A stretch of 64,000 bases of DNA from the NCBI GenBank assembly GCA_963737655.1, contig CAVTTN010000002.1, positions 4,832,001 through 4,896,000 on the forward strand. Reading direction: 5' to 3'. Origin of the DNA: an uncultured Planctomycetota bacterium (GTDB taxonomy: Bacteria; Planctomycetota; Planctomycetia; Isosphaerales; Isosphaeraceae). The position numbers and the translations under genes were made by a program. Below the pieces are notes generated by a model. That model ran no database searches. It was not told the origin of the DNA and saw only the letters and a list, made by a program, of their open reading frames with translations. Positions within the stretch are counted from its first letter, which is position 1. Each line of letters starts with the position of its first letter. Shown here in pieces: positions 49,692-60,877 of the stretch.

Positions 49692-50651
49692 ATGATACTT
49701 CGTGAATCGCGGCGCGGTTTCACCTTGATCGAGCTCCTCGTGGTGATCGCGATCATCGGCGTCCTGATCGCCCTGCTGCTGCCGGCCGTCCAGGCGGCTC
49801 GTGAGGCCGCCCGCCGGGCCCAGTGCACCAACAACTTGAAGCAGATCGGCCTGGCGGCGCACAACTATCACGACCGGGTCGGCGCCCTTCCCGGGGCCGA
49901 ACTGGCCCAGGGCGTGACGAGCTTCTCGGCCCTGTCGCACCTGCTCCCCGGCCTGGAGCTGGGGAATCAGTACAACGCCCTGAACTTCTCGCTGCCGAAC
50001 TCGGACCCCTCGAACGCGACCGTGGCGTTCGTGGCGGTCTCGTCGTTCATCTGCCCGTCGGACGTGAACAACTCGGCGCTGGCCTCGATCGGGGCGCAGA
50101 CCAACTACATGGCCGACATGGGGAGCTGGATCGTCTGGATGTCGGCGACCGGGCCGAACGTCGGCCTGATGCCGCCCAACGGCGTGTTCTACGGCAACAG
50201 CGCCACCCGGTTCGCCGACGTGATCGATGGGCTGTCCAACACGGGGTTCTTCAGCGAGCGGATCCTTGCCGACGGCAACAATGCGGTCGTCAGCCCGATC
50301 GCCGACGTGTTCTTCAGCCCGGCGGCGCCGACGACGATCGACGACGCCGTGACGTTGTGCCGGGCGTTGGACGTCAACAACCTCTCCAACCAGTTCCCGC
50401 TGTTCATGGGGGCGCCCTGGGTCAACGGCCAGCACGTGTTCCTCCACGTGACGGGCCCGAACACGCGGTCGTGCGGCTTCTTCGCCGCGCTCCGCGCCGT
50501 GATGCCCGCCAGCAGCCGCCACCCCGGGGGGGTGAACGTGCTGATGGGCGACGGCTCGGTGCGGTTCATCAAGGATGGGATCAGCGTCCCGACGTGGCGG
50601 GCCCTGGGCACCGTCGCCGGGGGCGAGATCGTCAACCAGGGCGAACTTTGA
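49692..50651 (+). CDS. DUF1559 prepilin-type (PulG-like) protein
   Basis: [61 protein letters not shown]. Confidence 0.95.
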   Translation: MILRESRRGFTLIELLVVIAIIGVLIALLLPAVQAAREAARRAQCTNNLKQIGLAAHNYHDRVGALPGAELAQGVTSFSALSHLLPGLELGNQYNALNFSLPNSDPSNATVAFVAVSSFICPSDVNNSALASIGAQTNYMADMGSWIVWMSATGPNVGLMPPNGVFYGNSATRFADVIDGLSNTGFFSERILADGNNAVVSPIADVFFSPAAPTTIDDAVTLCRALDVNNLSNQFPLFMGAPWVNGQHVFLHVTGPNTRSCGFFAALRAVMPASSRHPGGVNVLMGDGSVRFIKDGISVPTWRALGTVAGGEIVNQGEL

Positions 50652-50669
50652 GAACGGAGCCTGCCGCCC

Positions 50670-51068
50670 ATGACTCGCGCCCTCCGCACGGCGGTCGCCG
50701 CGACCCTGGCCCTGGCCGCGCTCGTCGCGGCCGGGTGCTCGGAGCGGATCGCCGCCACCCCGCTGGACTCCACCCGGGCGATGGACTCCCTGAAGGCCGC
50801 GCTCGAGGCGTGGAAGAAGGGGGAGCCCGCCGACGCCCTGAAGAGCGGGTCCCCGCCGATCGTCGCCCAGGACCTCGACTGGCAGGGCGGGGCGACCCTC
50901 GTCGATTACGCGATCGACGGCCCGGGGGACAGGGTGGATTCCAACCTGAAGGTCCCGGTGAAGCTGACGCTCAAGGCCAGGTCCAGGTCCGGCAAGGACG
51001 TGACCAAGGCCGTGAAGTACCTCGTGACCACCAGCCCATCCATCACGGTCTTCCGGGCCTTCCCCTGA
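50670..51068 (+). CDS. Putative lipoprotein
   Basis: Lipobox VAAG-C; typical partner position after DUF1559. Confidence 0.8.
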   Translation: MTRALRTAVAATLALAALVAAGCSERIAATPLDSTRAMDSLKAALEAWKKGEPADALKSGSPPIVAQDLDWQGGATLVDYAIDGPGDRVDSNLKVPVKLTLKARSRSGKDVTKAVKYLVTTSPSITVFRAFP

Positions 51069-51110
51069 AGGCCGGGGCCCGTCGATCTCCACGAAAAGGA
51101 AGGTTCGTTC

Positions 51111-52499
51111 ATGAATCCGTCCCGATCCCTCGCCGCCCTGGCCGTGGCCTGCGGGCTGGCCTCTCCGTCGGTCGCCTCGGCCGAGGGCACCCTGCTCGCG
51201 CCGCTCTCGAATGAGGACGCCTGGAAGGCGCTCCCCCCGGCGGAGGCCGGCGCCGGCCTCCCTTTGCCGTCCTGGGCCCGGATGCTCGCCCGGTCCCTGC
51301 CCCGGACCACGGCGGCCCTGCTCCAACTGGACCTGGCGCAGCGATCGAAGAACCCGCTCGACCCGAAGCTCCGCGCGGCGATGCGCCACGTCGCCGCCCG
51401 CGCCAACGGCTCCTCCTATGGCGAGGCCTGCGCCGAGGCCGACGCCCGCCGCGCCGGCCTCGCGGCTTCGGCGATCGCGGCCCTCGCCCGGGGCGACCTC
51501 TCGGGCTTCTCGGCCGAGGACCGGGCCGCCCTGGAGTTCGCCCGCAAGATGACCGTCGAGTCGTCGAAGGTCACCGACGCCGAGTTCGCGGCCCTGGTCC
51601 GGGGGTTCGGCGAGAAGAAGGCCGCCGCGATGGTCTTGACGATGGCCTACGCGAACTTCCAGGACCGCCTCCTGATCGTCCTGGGCGCCCCCGTCGAGGA
51701 GGGCGGGCCGCCGCCCCCGGTCGAGGTGGCATTCCGGCCCGAGGTGCTCGCGTCGCGGAAGGCGCCCGCCTCCCCGCCGACGATCTCCGACCTGCCCCGG
51801 CCCTCGGGCAAGGACGTCGTCGAGGACGACGACGGCTGGGAGGCCGTCTCCTACGCCCGGCTCCAGGAGAAGCTGGAGGAGCAGAGGAGCAAGCCGACCC
51901 GGCTCCGCGTCCCCGCGATCGACGAGGTCAAGTCCGGCCTGCCCCCGGGCGCCTCGATGCAGGGCGAGCGGGTCGTCTGGAGCCTCGTCGCCTTCGGCTA
52001 TTGCCCGGAGCTGGCCGTCCCGTGGGAGGCCGTGATGTGGATCAACGGCGAGGAGAACGGCCGGCGATTCGACCGCGCGTTCGGCCTCGGCCTGTTCTGG
52101 ATCGTCACCCGGACGATCGACTGCCCGTACTGCATGGGGCACGTCGAGATGAACTGGGAGGTCATCGGCATGAAGCCCGAGCAGATCGCCGAGAGGAGCC
52201 GGGCCCTGGCCGGCAAGGATTGGTCGAGCTTCCCGCCGGAGGAGCAGAGGGCGTTCGCCCTGGCCCGCAAGCTCACGGCGACCCCGGCGAAGGTCACCCG
52301 CGACGAGATCGACGGCGCGATCAAGGACTTCGGCCGCGACCCGGCGGTCAGCCTCCTGACCTACGTCTGCCGGTGCAACTACATGGTGCGCGTCTCCAAC
52401 GGCTTCCAGCTCTCGCTGGAGCGGGACAACGTCTTCTTCGACTACTACAAGGTGAAGCCGCCGACTCCGGCCGGGCCGGGCGGCGAATCGCGGCGATGA
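51111..52499 (+). CDS. Exported AhpD/carboxymuconolactone decarboxylase-like protein (CxxC)
   Basis: Signal peptide; two CMD-like halves ([19 protein letters not shown]). Confidence 0.8.
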   Translation: MNPSRSLAALAVACGLASPSVASAEGTLLAPLSNEDAWKALPPAEAGAGLPLPSWARMLARSLPRTTAALLQLDLAQRSKNPLDPKLRAAMRHVAARANGSSYGEACAEADARRAGLAASAIAALARGDLSGFSAEDRAALEFARKMTVESSKVTDAEFAALVRGFGEKKAAAMVLTMAYANFQDRLLIVLGAPVEEGGPPPPVEVAFRPEVLASRKAPASPPTISDLPRPSGKDVVEDDDGWEAVSYARLQEKLEEQRSKPTRLRVPAIDEVKSGLPPGASMQGERVVWSLVAFGYCPELAVPWEAVMWINGEENGRRFDRAFGLGLFWIVTRTIDCPYCMGHVEMNWEVIGMKPEQIAERSRALAGKDWSSFPPEEQRAFALARKLTATPAKVTRDEIDGAIKDFGRDPAVSLLTYVCRCNYMVRVSNGFQLSLERDNVFFDYYKVKPPTPAGPGGESRR

Positions 52500-52567
52500 G
52501 ATCCGACGCCGGGGCGGGCCGTCGAATCGCCGGGGCCCGCCCCGGCCCTGACCAACCGGAGCGATCC

Positions 52568-53785
52568 ATGAAGGCGTTCTCGCGACGACTGGGCTGGGCG
52601 ATCGCGCTGGCGGCGCTCTCGGGGGCGGCGCCGGCCTTCGCCGGCGAAGGACCGACCGCGGACTCGCTCTCCGTGGGCACGGCCAGGGCGCTCGACGCCC
52701 TCTGGCCCGGCCACCCCGAGGCGATCGACATGCTGGCCGACATCCTCATCAAGGGCGAGGAGATGGGGGGGGCCGACGGCTGGTTCCGCAAGGCCCCCTC
52801 GCGGACCCGATTCGACTGGGGCGCGACCCGCGCGGCGCTGGATCGGGACGGCGACGGCTCGGTCACCCGGGCCGAGTTCGGGGGCCCCGACGCCGACTTC
52901 GCCCGGCTCGACCGCGACCGGGACGGCCGGCTCTCGGCGGCCGACTTCGACTTCTCGGCGCGCCCCTCCGGGCCGCCGGCCGGCTCGATCCTCCTGGTCC
53001 GGGCCGACCGCGACGGCGACGGCCGTCTGACCCGCGACGAGCTCGACCGGTTCTTCCGGGACAACGACCGCGAGGGCCTGGGCTTCCTCTCGCTGGCCGA
53101 CCTCCAGGAGGCCCTCTCGACCGCCCCGGGGCCGGGCGCCTCCTCGTCGATCCCGACGCGGTCGGTCCTGCTCAAGAGCTTCTTCCGGGGCGAGCTCGGC
53201 GCCTGGCCGCCCGGCCCCCCGCTGGACGCCCCGGCCCCCGACTTCACCCTCAAGGCGGCCGAGGGGGGCGAGGCCGTCTCGCTGTCGAAGCTCGTGGGCC
53301 CGAAGCCGATCGTCCTGGTCTTCGGCAACTTCACGTGCGGGCCGTTCCGGGGGCAGGCCGGCAACCTCCAGAAGCTCCACGCCCGCTACAAGGACCGGGC
53401 GGAGTTCCTGATGGTCTACGTCCGCGAGCCCCACCCCACCGACGGCTGGAGGATGGAGAATAACGACCGCGTGGGGGTGGCGGTCCGCCAGCCCCGCGAC
53501 GCGTCCGAGCGGCTCGAGGTCGCCCGGTCGTGCGGCCGGACCCTCAAGCTCGGCTTCCCGATGCTCGTGGACACGATGGACGACGCGGTCAACAATGCCT
53601 ACAGCGGCATCCCCAGCCGGCTCTACCTGATCGACCGGGGCGGCAAGATCGCCTTCAAAAATGGCCGGGGGCCGTTCGGATTCCGGCTCGCCGAGCTGGA
53701 GCAATCGCTCCTGCTGCTCCTCCGCCAGGAGGCGACCGCCGCCGGACCTCCGGCCGACGGCGATCGACCGCCCGGCGGGCGATGA
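52568..53785 (+). CDS. Exported EF-hand plus iodothyronine deiodinase-like redoxin protein
   Basis: [29 protein letters not shown]-hand loops; [37 protein letters not shown]. Confidence 0.85.
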   Translation: MKAFSRRLGWAIALAALSGAAPAFAGEGPTADSLSVGTARALDALWPGHPEAIDMLADILIKGEEMGGADGWFRKAPSRTRFDWGATRAALDRDGDGSVTRAEFGGPDADFARLDRDRDGRLSAADFDFSARPSGPPAGSILLVRADRDGDGRLTRDELDRFFRDNDREGLGFLSLADLQEALSTAPGPGASSSIPTRSVLLKSFFRGELGAWPPGPPLDAPAPDFTLKAAEGGEAVSLSKLVGPKPIVLVFGNFTCGPFRGQAGNLQKLHARYKDRAEFLMVYVREPHPTDGWRMENNDRVGVAVRQPRDASERLEVARSCGRTLKLGFPMLVDTMDDAVNNAYSGIPSRLYLIDRGGKIAFKNGRGPFGFRLAELEQSLLLLLRQEATAAGPPADGDRPPGGR

Positions 53786-53836
53786 GGATCGGATCGCCGT
53801 CCCCTTCCCGACCCCAACCCCTCGCGGACCCCCCTC

Positions 53837-56378
53837 ATGATGCATCCCCGATGGTCCCTCGCCGGCCTCCGCCTCGGGCTCGCCCTCCTGCTGGTCGCGC
53901 CCTGGACCTGGGCCGGGCCAGGATCTGAGGACCTCGCCGATCCGGAAGGCCGAGACGCCCGCCCAGGCGGCCCGCAGGGCGCTGGACGAGTCCTGGCCCG
54001 ACCACCCCGAATGGCTCGACCAGTACACCGACATCCTCAACGACGCCGGCAGCGGCCCCAACGACGGCTGGTTCCGCCGGGCCCGGTCGCAGACCCGGTT
54101 CGGCTGGGGCGCCGTCGCCGGCCGGCTCGACGGCGACCACGATGGCGCGATCTCCCGCAAGGAATTCCCGGGCACCGACCGCGACTTCGCCCGGCTCGAT
54201 CGCGACCGCGACGGGGCCTTGACCCGCGCCGACTTCGACTTCCCGGCCAACAGCGCCCTGAACGCATCGCCGGGGTCGCTCCTGATGTACGTCCTGGACG
54301 ACGACGGCAACGGCAAGGTCACCCGCGAGGAGATGGAGGCGTTCTTCAAGAAGGCCGACGGCGGCGACCTCGGCTTCCTCTCGCTGAACGACCTCCAGGA
54401 GAACTTCACCACCCGCCCGAAGACATCGGGCCTGCCCGACCCGGGCCCCCCGTCGAAGGAGACCCTCATCCGGGGGCTGTTCCGCCGGGAGATCGGCTCC
54501 CTCGAACCCGGCCCGTCGCTCGACCAGAAGGCGCCGGACTTCACCCTCAAGACCGTCGACGGCAAGGGGGAAATCACCCTGTCGAAGCTGGTGGGGCCGA
54601 AGCCGGTGGTCCTGGTCTTCGGCAACTTCACGTGCGGGCCGTTCCGCAGCCAGGCCGGGAACGTGGAGAAGCTCTACCAGCTCTACAAGGACCGGGCGGA
54701 GTTCGTGATGGTCTACGTCCGCGAGGCCCACCCCACCGACGGCTGGAGGATGGACAGCAACGACGCGGTGGGGATCACCACCGCCCAGCCGAGGACGTAC
54801 GAGGAGCGGGTGGCGCTGGCCCGGACCTGCGGCAAGAGGCTCTCGCTCGGGTTCCCGATGCTCGTCGATGGGATCGACGACCCGGTGGGCAACGCCTACA
54901 GCGGGATGCCCAGCCGGCTCTACCTGATCGACCGCGACGGCAAGGTGGCCTACAAGAGCGGCCGGGGCCCCTACGGCTTCCTGCCGGCCGAGCTGGAGCA
55001 TTCGCTGGCCCTCCTGCTCCAGCCGTCGGCCGAGCCCTCGGGCCATGCCGAGGCTCCCGGGCCGACCCCCCCCGTCCAGCTCGCCCGTCCGGTCGAAGGG
55101 CCCGGCCCGGTGAAGCTCCTGAGCAGCGAGGAGGCCTGGAGGCGCCTGCCCCGGGTCGTCGAGGGCGGCCATCCTCCGCTGCCCAACTGGGCCCGGGCCA
55201 CGGCCCACGCCCTGCCCCAGACCACCGCGGCGATGCTGGAGCTGGACCGGCTCCATCGGACCGAGAGCCCGCTCGGCCCGGCCCTCCGCGGCAAGATGCG
55301 CTGGGTCGCGGCCGACACCAACCGCTGCGCCTACGGCCGGGCCACGGCCGAGGCCGACCTCCTCCGCGCCGGGATCGACCGGGCCGAGATCGACGCCCTG
55401 AAGGCGGGCCCCCGGCTCTGGCCGGAGGCCGAGCGAACGGCCCTGGAGTTCGCCTCGAGGATGAGCCGCGACGCCTCCGAGGTCACCGATGGCCAGGTCG
55501 CCGCCCTGATCCGCGCCCACGGCGAGGAGAAGGTCGTGGCGATGGTCCTCCTCCTGGCCGCCGCCAACTTCCAGGACCGCCTGGTCATGGGCCTGGGGAC
55601 CCCTCTGGAAACGGACGGGCCGATGGCGCCGGTCGCGGTCCGATTCGCCAAGGACGGCCCCCCGCCGCTCGTCCCGAACCGAGGCAAGCCCGAAGACTGG
55701 CGGGGCCCGCCCGTCCCCGACCGCGTGGACGATCCCGAATGGGCCGTCCTGGACTTCGACGACCTCCGCAAGGGCCTGGACTCGCAGAAGAACAACGCCG
55801 GGCGGATCCGCGTGCCCTCGCCCGAGGAGGCCGTCGCCCACCTCCCGGCCGACTATCCGAAGCCGAAGTCGCCGATCCGGATCAAGTGGAGCCTGGTCGT
55901 CTTCGGCTACCAGCCGAGGCTGGCGGCGGCGTGGTCGTCCGTCATGAGGGCCTTCGACTCCGATGCCCACCTCGACGACGTCTTCGGCGAGAGCCTCTTC
56001 TGGGTCGTCACGAAGTCCATCCACTGCTTCTACTGAATGGGCCACTCCGAGATGGTGCTCGCGGTCGCGGGCCTGGACGCGGAAGCCCTGGACAAACGGA
56101 CCCGGACCCTCGCCTCGGGCGACTGGTCCACCCTGCCGCCTCGCGATCGCGCCGCCTTCTTCTTCGCGAAGACGCTGGCGCAGGCGCCCTGGGAGATCCG
56201 CGACGCCGATCGGCAACTCCTGATCGAACACTTCGGCCCGGAGAGGGCCGTCGACGTGATCTGGCAGTCGAGCTGGTGCAACTACATGACCCGGGTCGCC
56301 GACGCGTTCCAGCTCCCCCTGGAGCGAGAGAACGTGTTCGCCCCCCCACCGGCGCCCAACCCAGGGGCCAAGCCCTGA
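53837..56378 (+). CDS. Putative selenoprotein: signal peptide, EF-hands, deiodinase-like domain and AhpD-like domain with CxxU (UGA 56034-56036); frameshift near 53915
   Basis: IHCFY-UGA-MGHSEM aligns with [12 protein letters not shown] of paralog 51111-52499; homology continues in-frame (WCNYMTRVADAFQLPLERENVF). Confidence 0.85.
56037..56073 (+). promoter_or_regulatory. Putative bacterial SECIS hairpin
   Basis: ACUCCGAG-AUGGUG-CUCGCGGU hairpin with outer GGCC/GGCC; GGU at +18 from the UGA. Confidence 0.6.
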
Positions 56379-56555
56379 CTCGCCCCGGCGGTCCCGGAAA
56401 CGGGGTCAGGAACAGGAATCACGATTCCGAGACGTTCCCGACCCCTTCCCTCGCCGCCCCGAATTCGTCTGTCCGTTCCGGTCCGTTTCGTCTAGGATTC
56501 GCGGCGCGTCCGGCGGCCGATTTTCGGAGACCTGGTCTCGGAGAGCCTTCCTCCG

Positions 56556-57704
56556 ATGAGGCGATCCGTTGCGGGGAAGCTCCCCTGGGGTTTGCTGGGC
56601 TCCGCCGTCCTGATCGTCCTGATCGAGCGAGGGTTCGAGCGACATCGGCTCTTGCTGTCCGACGCCGGCTCGGTGAACTGGCGATCCTCGGCGTATGCGA
56701 CGGGCCATCAGGCGGTCCGCGCCGAGGTCCTCGCGTTCGGCGACAGCTTGACGAAATTCGGGGTCCAGCCTCGGGTGATCGAGGCGGAGACCGGCCTGTC
56801 GGCCTACAACCTCGCCGGGGTCGGGGCGCCTCCGGCGTTCTCGTATTTCCTGCTCGGCCGGGCGATCCGGGCCGGCGCCCGGCCGAAGCTGATAGTCCTG
56901 AACGTCGCGCCCCATCACACCTATTCCTCGCCCTCCTCGCACATCCGGCCGTTCAGCGAGTTCCTCGCGATCTCCGAGGCCCTGGATTACTCGTGGAACG
57001 CCCGCGATCCCTCGCTGTTCCTCGGCCTGATGGTCCCTCGATTCCTCCCGTCCGCGCGGTCCCGCCTGGAGATCCGCAACACCCTCAGGGAGGCGCTCGC
57101 GGGCGACGGACCGCCTCGCCTGCCGGTCCCCGAGGCGATGCTCCGCAACTGGAACGCCAACCTCGGCGCGTTCGCGATGCCGCCGACGCCCCATTCGCCC
57201 GGGGATGCCCGCGCCGCCATGCTCGGGCTCCTGCCCAGCCCCCTCGTCGCCTGGACGGGCGACCGGACCTTCCAGGGCGACTACCTCGATCGGTTCCTCG
57301 ACCTGGCCGAGTCCCACGGCATCCCGGTCTTCCTGGTCGTCCCGCCGATGCACCCCGACTACGAGGCAAGAGAGATCGCGCTGGGCAACCCGCCGGTCCT
57401 GGACGCGTTCCTCCGGATGACCCGGGATCGCCACCCCCGGATCACGATCCTCGACGGCCGTCGCAAGGGTTACGACGCCTCGCTCTTCTGCGAGGACATC
57501 GTCCACCTGAACGTGCGAGGCGCCTCGGCCTTCACCCGCGACGTCTCCGGCGCCATCTCGCGTTGGAGAGCCGGCGGCGTGAAGCCCGGCACCACCGTCG
57601 CCTTGCCTGCGTATCGGGACGGCCGCCCGCAACCCGGGATCGAGAGTTTCCCCGAATCGCTCGCGGCGATTTCCGGCAGGGTTAGGAAAACGCCTCGTCG
57701 ATGA
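56556..57704 (+). CDS. Membrane-anchored SGNH/DUF1574-like hypothetical protein
   Basis: N-terminal TM, FGDS, AYNLA, DIVHLN.RGA. Confidence 0.7.
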   Translation: MRRSVAGKLPWGLLGSAVLIVLIERGFERHRLLLSDAGSVNWRSSAYATGHQAVRAEVLAFGDSLTKFGVQPRVIEAETGLSAYNLAGVGAPPAFSYFLLGRAIRAGARPKLIVLNVAPHHTYSSPSSHIRPFSEFLAISEALDYSWNARDPSLFLGLMVPRFLPSARSRLEIRNTLREALAGDGPPRLPVPEAMLRNWNANLGAFAMPPTPHSPGDARAAMLGLLPSPLVAWTGDRTFQGDYLDRFLDLAESHGIPVFLVVPPMHPDYEAREIALGNPPVLDAFLRMTRDRHPRITILDGRRKGYDASLFCEDIVHLNVRGASAFTRDVSGAISRWRAGGVKPGTTVALPAYRDGRPQPGIESFPESLAAISGRVRKTPRR

Positions 57705-57921
57705 GCGGAGACGCCAGCATCGCTTCCTCGCTCACGCCCCGAGGGGAAATCGCCGGATCGCCCGGGGAGGGCCATCCCACCGGGCGATCCGGCCTCGTCG
57801 CGGAGGGCCGCTGGAGGCCAGGACCCAGGCTCGGCAACGAGGCCACCCGCGACGACCTCGCCAGACCCTTGTCGATGATCACGACGTCCCCTGGTCGGGA
57901 CGCCGGCATGCAACGGCCTCG

Positions 57922-58644
57922 TCAGGCCCCGAGGGGGGACTCGCGTCGCCGCCGGGCGAGCTTGACGAGTCCGAACACGCCGGTGCCCAGCAGGACCAGG
58001 CCGGAGGGCTCGGGCACCGCGTTGGCCGACGAGGAGACCGAGCCGAACGCCGTCCCCACCCCGAAATGGACCAGGGTCAAGTGGGAACCCGCCTGGATGG
58101 GGGTCGAGATCGGCGCGTTCATATCGGCGCGGTCCGCGGCGTATTGCCGGATGAACTCGAATTCCTGGCCGATGGCCGTGTTATCGTCCGCGCCGTTGAG
58201 GAGGACGGCTAGCGCTTCGCTCTCGGTGACCTGATGGCCCTGATACATCAGGTCGGAGAAGACCTGTTCGAAGGTCATTCCCACCTGGTCGGCCCCGCCG
58301 TTGACGAAGCCCGCGACGACCGATTGGGTCATCCCGCCCTGGCCGTCCGGGGCCGAATAAACGCCCATGAGGTTGAACGTGGTGTAGATGGTCGGGTCGT
58401 TGTTGAACGGGTCGGTGATCCCCAAATCGAAGCTGGACGGCGTCGACAACGAGAAATCGAAGCCACCGGTCGTCGTGTAGCCATCGGGATTCTTCCAGGT
58501 GATCGGGTCGATATGCAGGGACGCGCCGGGGTCCGCCGCATCGATGGTGAAGCCGAAGTCGAGGTAGGCGTCGGCCCGGGTCGCCGACGCCGCGGAGAGG
58601 GCCATCCCGAGCGTGAGGATGCCGATTCGCAACGCCTTGCTCAT
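57922..58644 (-). CDS. PEP-CTERM sorting domain protein
   Basis: Signal peptide; VPEPSGLVLLGTGVFGLVKLARRRR. Confidence 0.92.
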   Translation of the reverse strand: MSKALRIGILTLGMALSAASATRADAYLDFGFTIDAADPGASLHIDPITWKNPDGYTTTGGFDFSLSTPSSFDLGITDPFNNDPTIYTTFNLMGVYSAPDGQGGMTQSVVAGFVNGGADQVGMTFEQVFSDLMYQGHQVTESEALAVLLNGADDNTAIGQEFEFIRQYAADRADMNAPISTPIQAGSHLTLVHFGVGTAFGSVSSSANAVPEPSGLVLLGTGVFGLVKLARRRRESPLGA

Positions 58645-58831
58645 CAAGGGAGCTCCGGTGAGGGGCCGCCACGTCTCGGAACGGCCGCCGAAGCGGGGCC
58701 GCCGATCGTGAGGGCGGAGAGGAATTGAAGCACTTGATCGCAGCGCTCGCATCCCCCAGAATTGGGGGGTCGCCCGCTCCTCGCGACGGCCGCGGCCGGG
58801 CCTGGGCGCCGCCGTCCGAACCGGAAGCTCG

Positions 58832-59632
58832 ATGATGGGCCGTTCCCAACTGTTGCGCCTCCGCGACATCCGCTCGGCATTCCGGCTGGTGGGCGAGGCT
58901 CGCGACATGGGGGCGGACCCCTCGGCGTGGCGGTCCCACGTGATCGGGGAAATGGCCCGCCTGGTCGGCGGGTCCGTGGCGATGACCCTGGACCTCCACG
59001 AGTTCCTCCCCGGCCGTGTCCCCCGATGGGTCGCGCCGGCGGACCTCGGCTGGGAGAGCGACCTCGAACGGCGCCGCTTCCTGGATTACCTGGGATCCGA
59101 CCTCCCGAAGGAAGATCCCTCGGCCGTCGCCTGGCTCGCCCTCCTGACGCGGAGGAGCATCGCCACGGCCACCCGTCGCGAGATGATCGCCGATCGCGAC
59201 TGGTATGGCTCGCCCATCGTCTCCGAAGGCCGGAGGTCGTCTCGGATCGACGACCCGCTCATCTCCTGCGCCCTGATCGGCGGGCCGGGCCGGGTCCACG
59301 GCTTCCAGGTCTACCGGCCCTGGGGGGCCCGCGGCTTCGAGCGTCGCGAGCGGAACCTCGTCCGCTTGATCCACCTCGAGCTGCTCCGCCACCTCGACCG
59401 GGGGCCGATGGACGACGGCCTGGCCCCCCACCTCCGACGGGTCCTGCGGCCCCTGCTCGGCGGCCTGACCACGAAGGAGATCGCGCGAACGTTGAGCCTG
59501 AGCGCCCACACCGTGGACGGCTACATCAAGGCCATCTACGCCCATTATCAAGTCGGGAGCCGGGCCCGCCTCATCGCCCTGGCCCCCGATCGTCCACCGC
59601 CGGGCCGGCTGAGCCTCCCCCAGGGTTTCTAG
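58832..59632 (+). CDS. LuxR-type HTH transcriptional regulator with GAF-like N-terminal region
   Basis: GLTTKEIARTLSLSAHTVDGYIKAIYAHYQVGSRARL. Confidence 0.85.
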   Translation: MMGRSQLLRLRDIRSAFRLVGEARDMGADPSAWRSHVIGEMARLVGGSVAMTLDLHEFLPGRVPRWVAPADLGWESDLERRRFLDYLGSDLPKEDPSAVAWLALLTRRSIATATRREMIADRDWYGSPIVSEGRRSSRIDDPLISCALIGGPGRVHGFQVYRPWGARGFERRERNLVRLIHLELLRHLDRGPMDDGLAPHLRRVLRPLLGGLTTKEIARTLSLSAHTVDGYIKAIYAHYQVGSRARLIALAPDRPPPGRLSLPQGF

Positions 59633-59677
59633 GGCGAGGCGAGTCAAGTACCCACCGACGGAACCGCGACATCCCCC

Positions 59678-59706
59678 TTGACGATCAATAACCCGCCGGC
59701 TATGAT
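59678..59706 (+). promoter_or_regulatory. Sigma70 promoter with overlapping operator palindrome; probably leaderless transcript
   Basis: TTGACG-17-TATGAT, ATG 6 nt later; ATAACC-N4-GGCTAT at 59688-59703. Confidence 0.7.
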
Positions 59707-59712
59707 TCGGCC

Positions 59713-60036
59713 ATGAACGCCGCGCCGGACGAGATCTTCAAGGCCCTGGGTGACCCGACGCGACGCGCCCTCTTCGAGCGCCTCGTCAGCGACGGGGAGC
59801 AGACGGTCCGCGCGCTGACCGACCATGCCGGGGTCTCCCAACCGGCGGTCTCCAAGCACCTGGGCGTCCTGAAGACCGTCGGGCTGGTCCGCGACCGCCC
59901 GGAGGGCCGTCAGGTCCACTACAGCGCGGACCCGCAGGGCCTGGCCCCCCTGGTCCACTGGATGAAGCTTTACGGAGCCTTCTGGACGGAACGCGTCGAT
60001 CGCCTCGAACAACTCCTGGAGAGGATGGACGAATGA
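59713..60036 (+). CDS. ArsR/SmtB family transcriptional regulator
   Basis: FKALGDPTRR, SQPAVSKHLGVL, GRQVHY. Confidence 0.92.
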   Translation: MNAAPDEIFKALGDPTRRALFERLVSDGEQTVRALTDHAGVSQPAVSKHLGVLKTVGLVRDRPEGRQVHYSADPQGLAPLVHWMKLYGAFWTERVDRLEQLLERMDE

Positions 60037-60479
60037 ATCCCATCGACAAGACCGACCCGTCGCAAACCGAGGCCCTGGCCTTCGAGTTCGACCTGCATCA
60101 TCCGCCGGAGAAGGTCTGGCGGGCGCTCACCGATCCCGCGCTGCTGACCGAGTGGCTCCTGCCCGTCGTCGGGCTCGAGCTCGAACCGGGGGCGGCGTTC
60201 ACGCTCAAGACCCAGCCGTATCCCGGTTGGGACGGCACGGTGAACTGCCGATTCCTCGAGATCGACGCGGAGAGGAAGCTCAGCTACTCCTGGGTCGTCG
60301 GCGACATGGGGCTGGATACCGTGGTGACGTTCACGCTCGCGCCCACGGCGTCGGGCACGCGGTTGTCCCTCGTGCAGTCGGGCTTCAAGCCGGAGCAGAA
60401 GCAGAACTTCGGCGGCGCCCGCTACGGCTGGAAGCTGATGGGCGGCAAGCTCATCGACCTGCTCGCGAAGACCCCGTGA
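60033..60479 (+). CDS. SRPBCC (Aha1/START-like) domain protein
   Basis: PEKVWRALTDP, LSYSW, GTRLSLVQSGF, YGW. Confidence 0.9.
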   Translation: MNPIDKTDPSQTEALAFEFDLHHPPEKVWRALTDPALLTEWLLPVVGLELEPGAAFTLKTQPYPGWDGTVNCRFLEIDAERKLSYSWVVGDMGLDTVVTFTLAPTASGTRLSLVQSGFKPEQKQNFGGARYGWKLMGGKLIDLLAKTP

Positions 60480-60558
60480 TCCGGTCGAGGCGCGGGGCCG
60501 CAGGCGGTCCCGCGCGAGTCCGCGAGCCGCTTCGGCCCACATTTCCAAGGAGGTTTCC

Positions 60559-60801
60559 TTGATCGGGAACGAATGGATGCGGCAGGCCCACCGCTGGGTG
60601 TCGTTGGCCTTCACGGCGGGCGTCATCGTCAACATCATCGCCCTGAGGCAGAAGGCGCCGGCCGCCTGGGTCGGCCTCCTGGCGCTGATCCCCCTCCTCG
60701 TGCTCCTCGTCACCGGCCTGTACCTGTTCGTGCAACCGTATACCGCCAGGAGGCGAAGCGGGCGACGTCCCCAGGCGTCACAGGCCATCGAACCCCGATG
60801 A
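60559..60801 (+). CDS. Small two-TM membrane protein
   Basis: RQAHRWVS, LLVTGLYLFVQPY; AAGGAGG RBS before TTG. Confidence 0.8.
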   Translation: MIGNEWMRQAHRWVSLAFTAGVIVNIIALRQKAPAAWVGLLALIPLLVLLVTGLYLFVQPYTARRRSGRRPQASQAIEPR

Positions 60802-60877
60802 GACGAACGCGCAGGATGGAGCAGGAAGAGGGGTCAGCAGTGCTCCATAGAAAACCCCGGCATGACTCGGGATTCGA

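Noticed and set aside
53330..53345. Sec in the deiodinase-like active sites
   Set aside because: Both copies (here and near 54633) have TGC (NFTCGPF), not TGA.
53837..57685. 1282-aa ORF as a single protein
   Set aside because: Only the first ~27 codons (signal peptide) look real; the rest is an off-frame read of the selenoprotein and the downstream gene.
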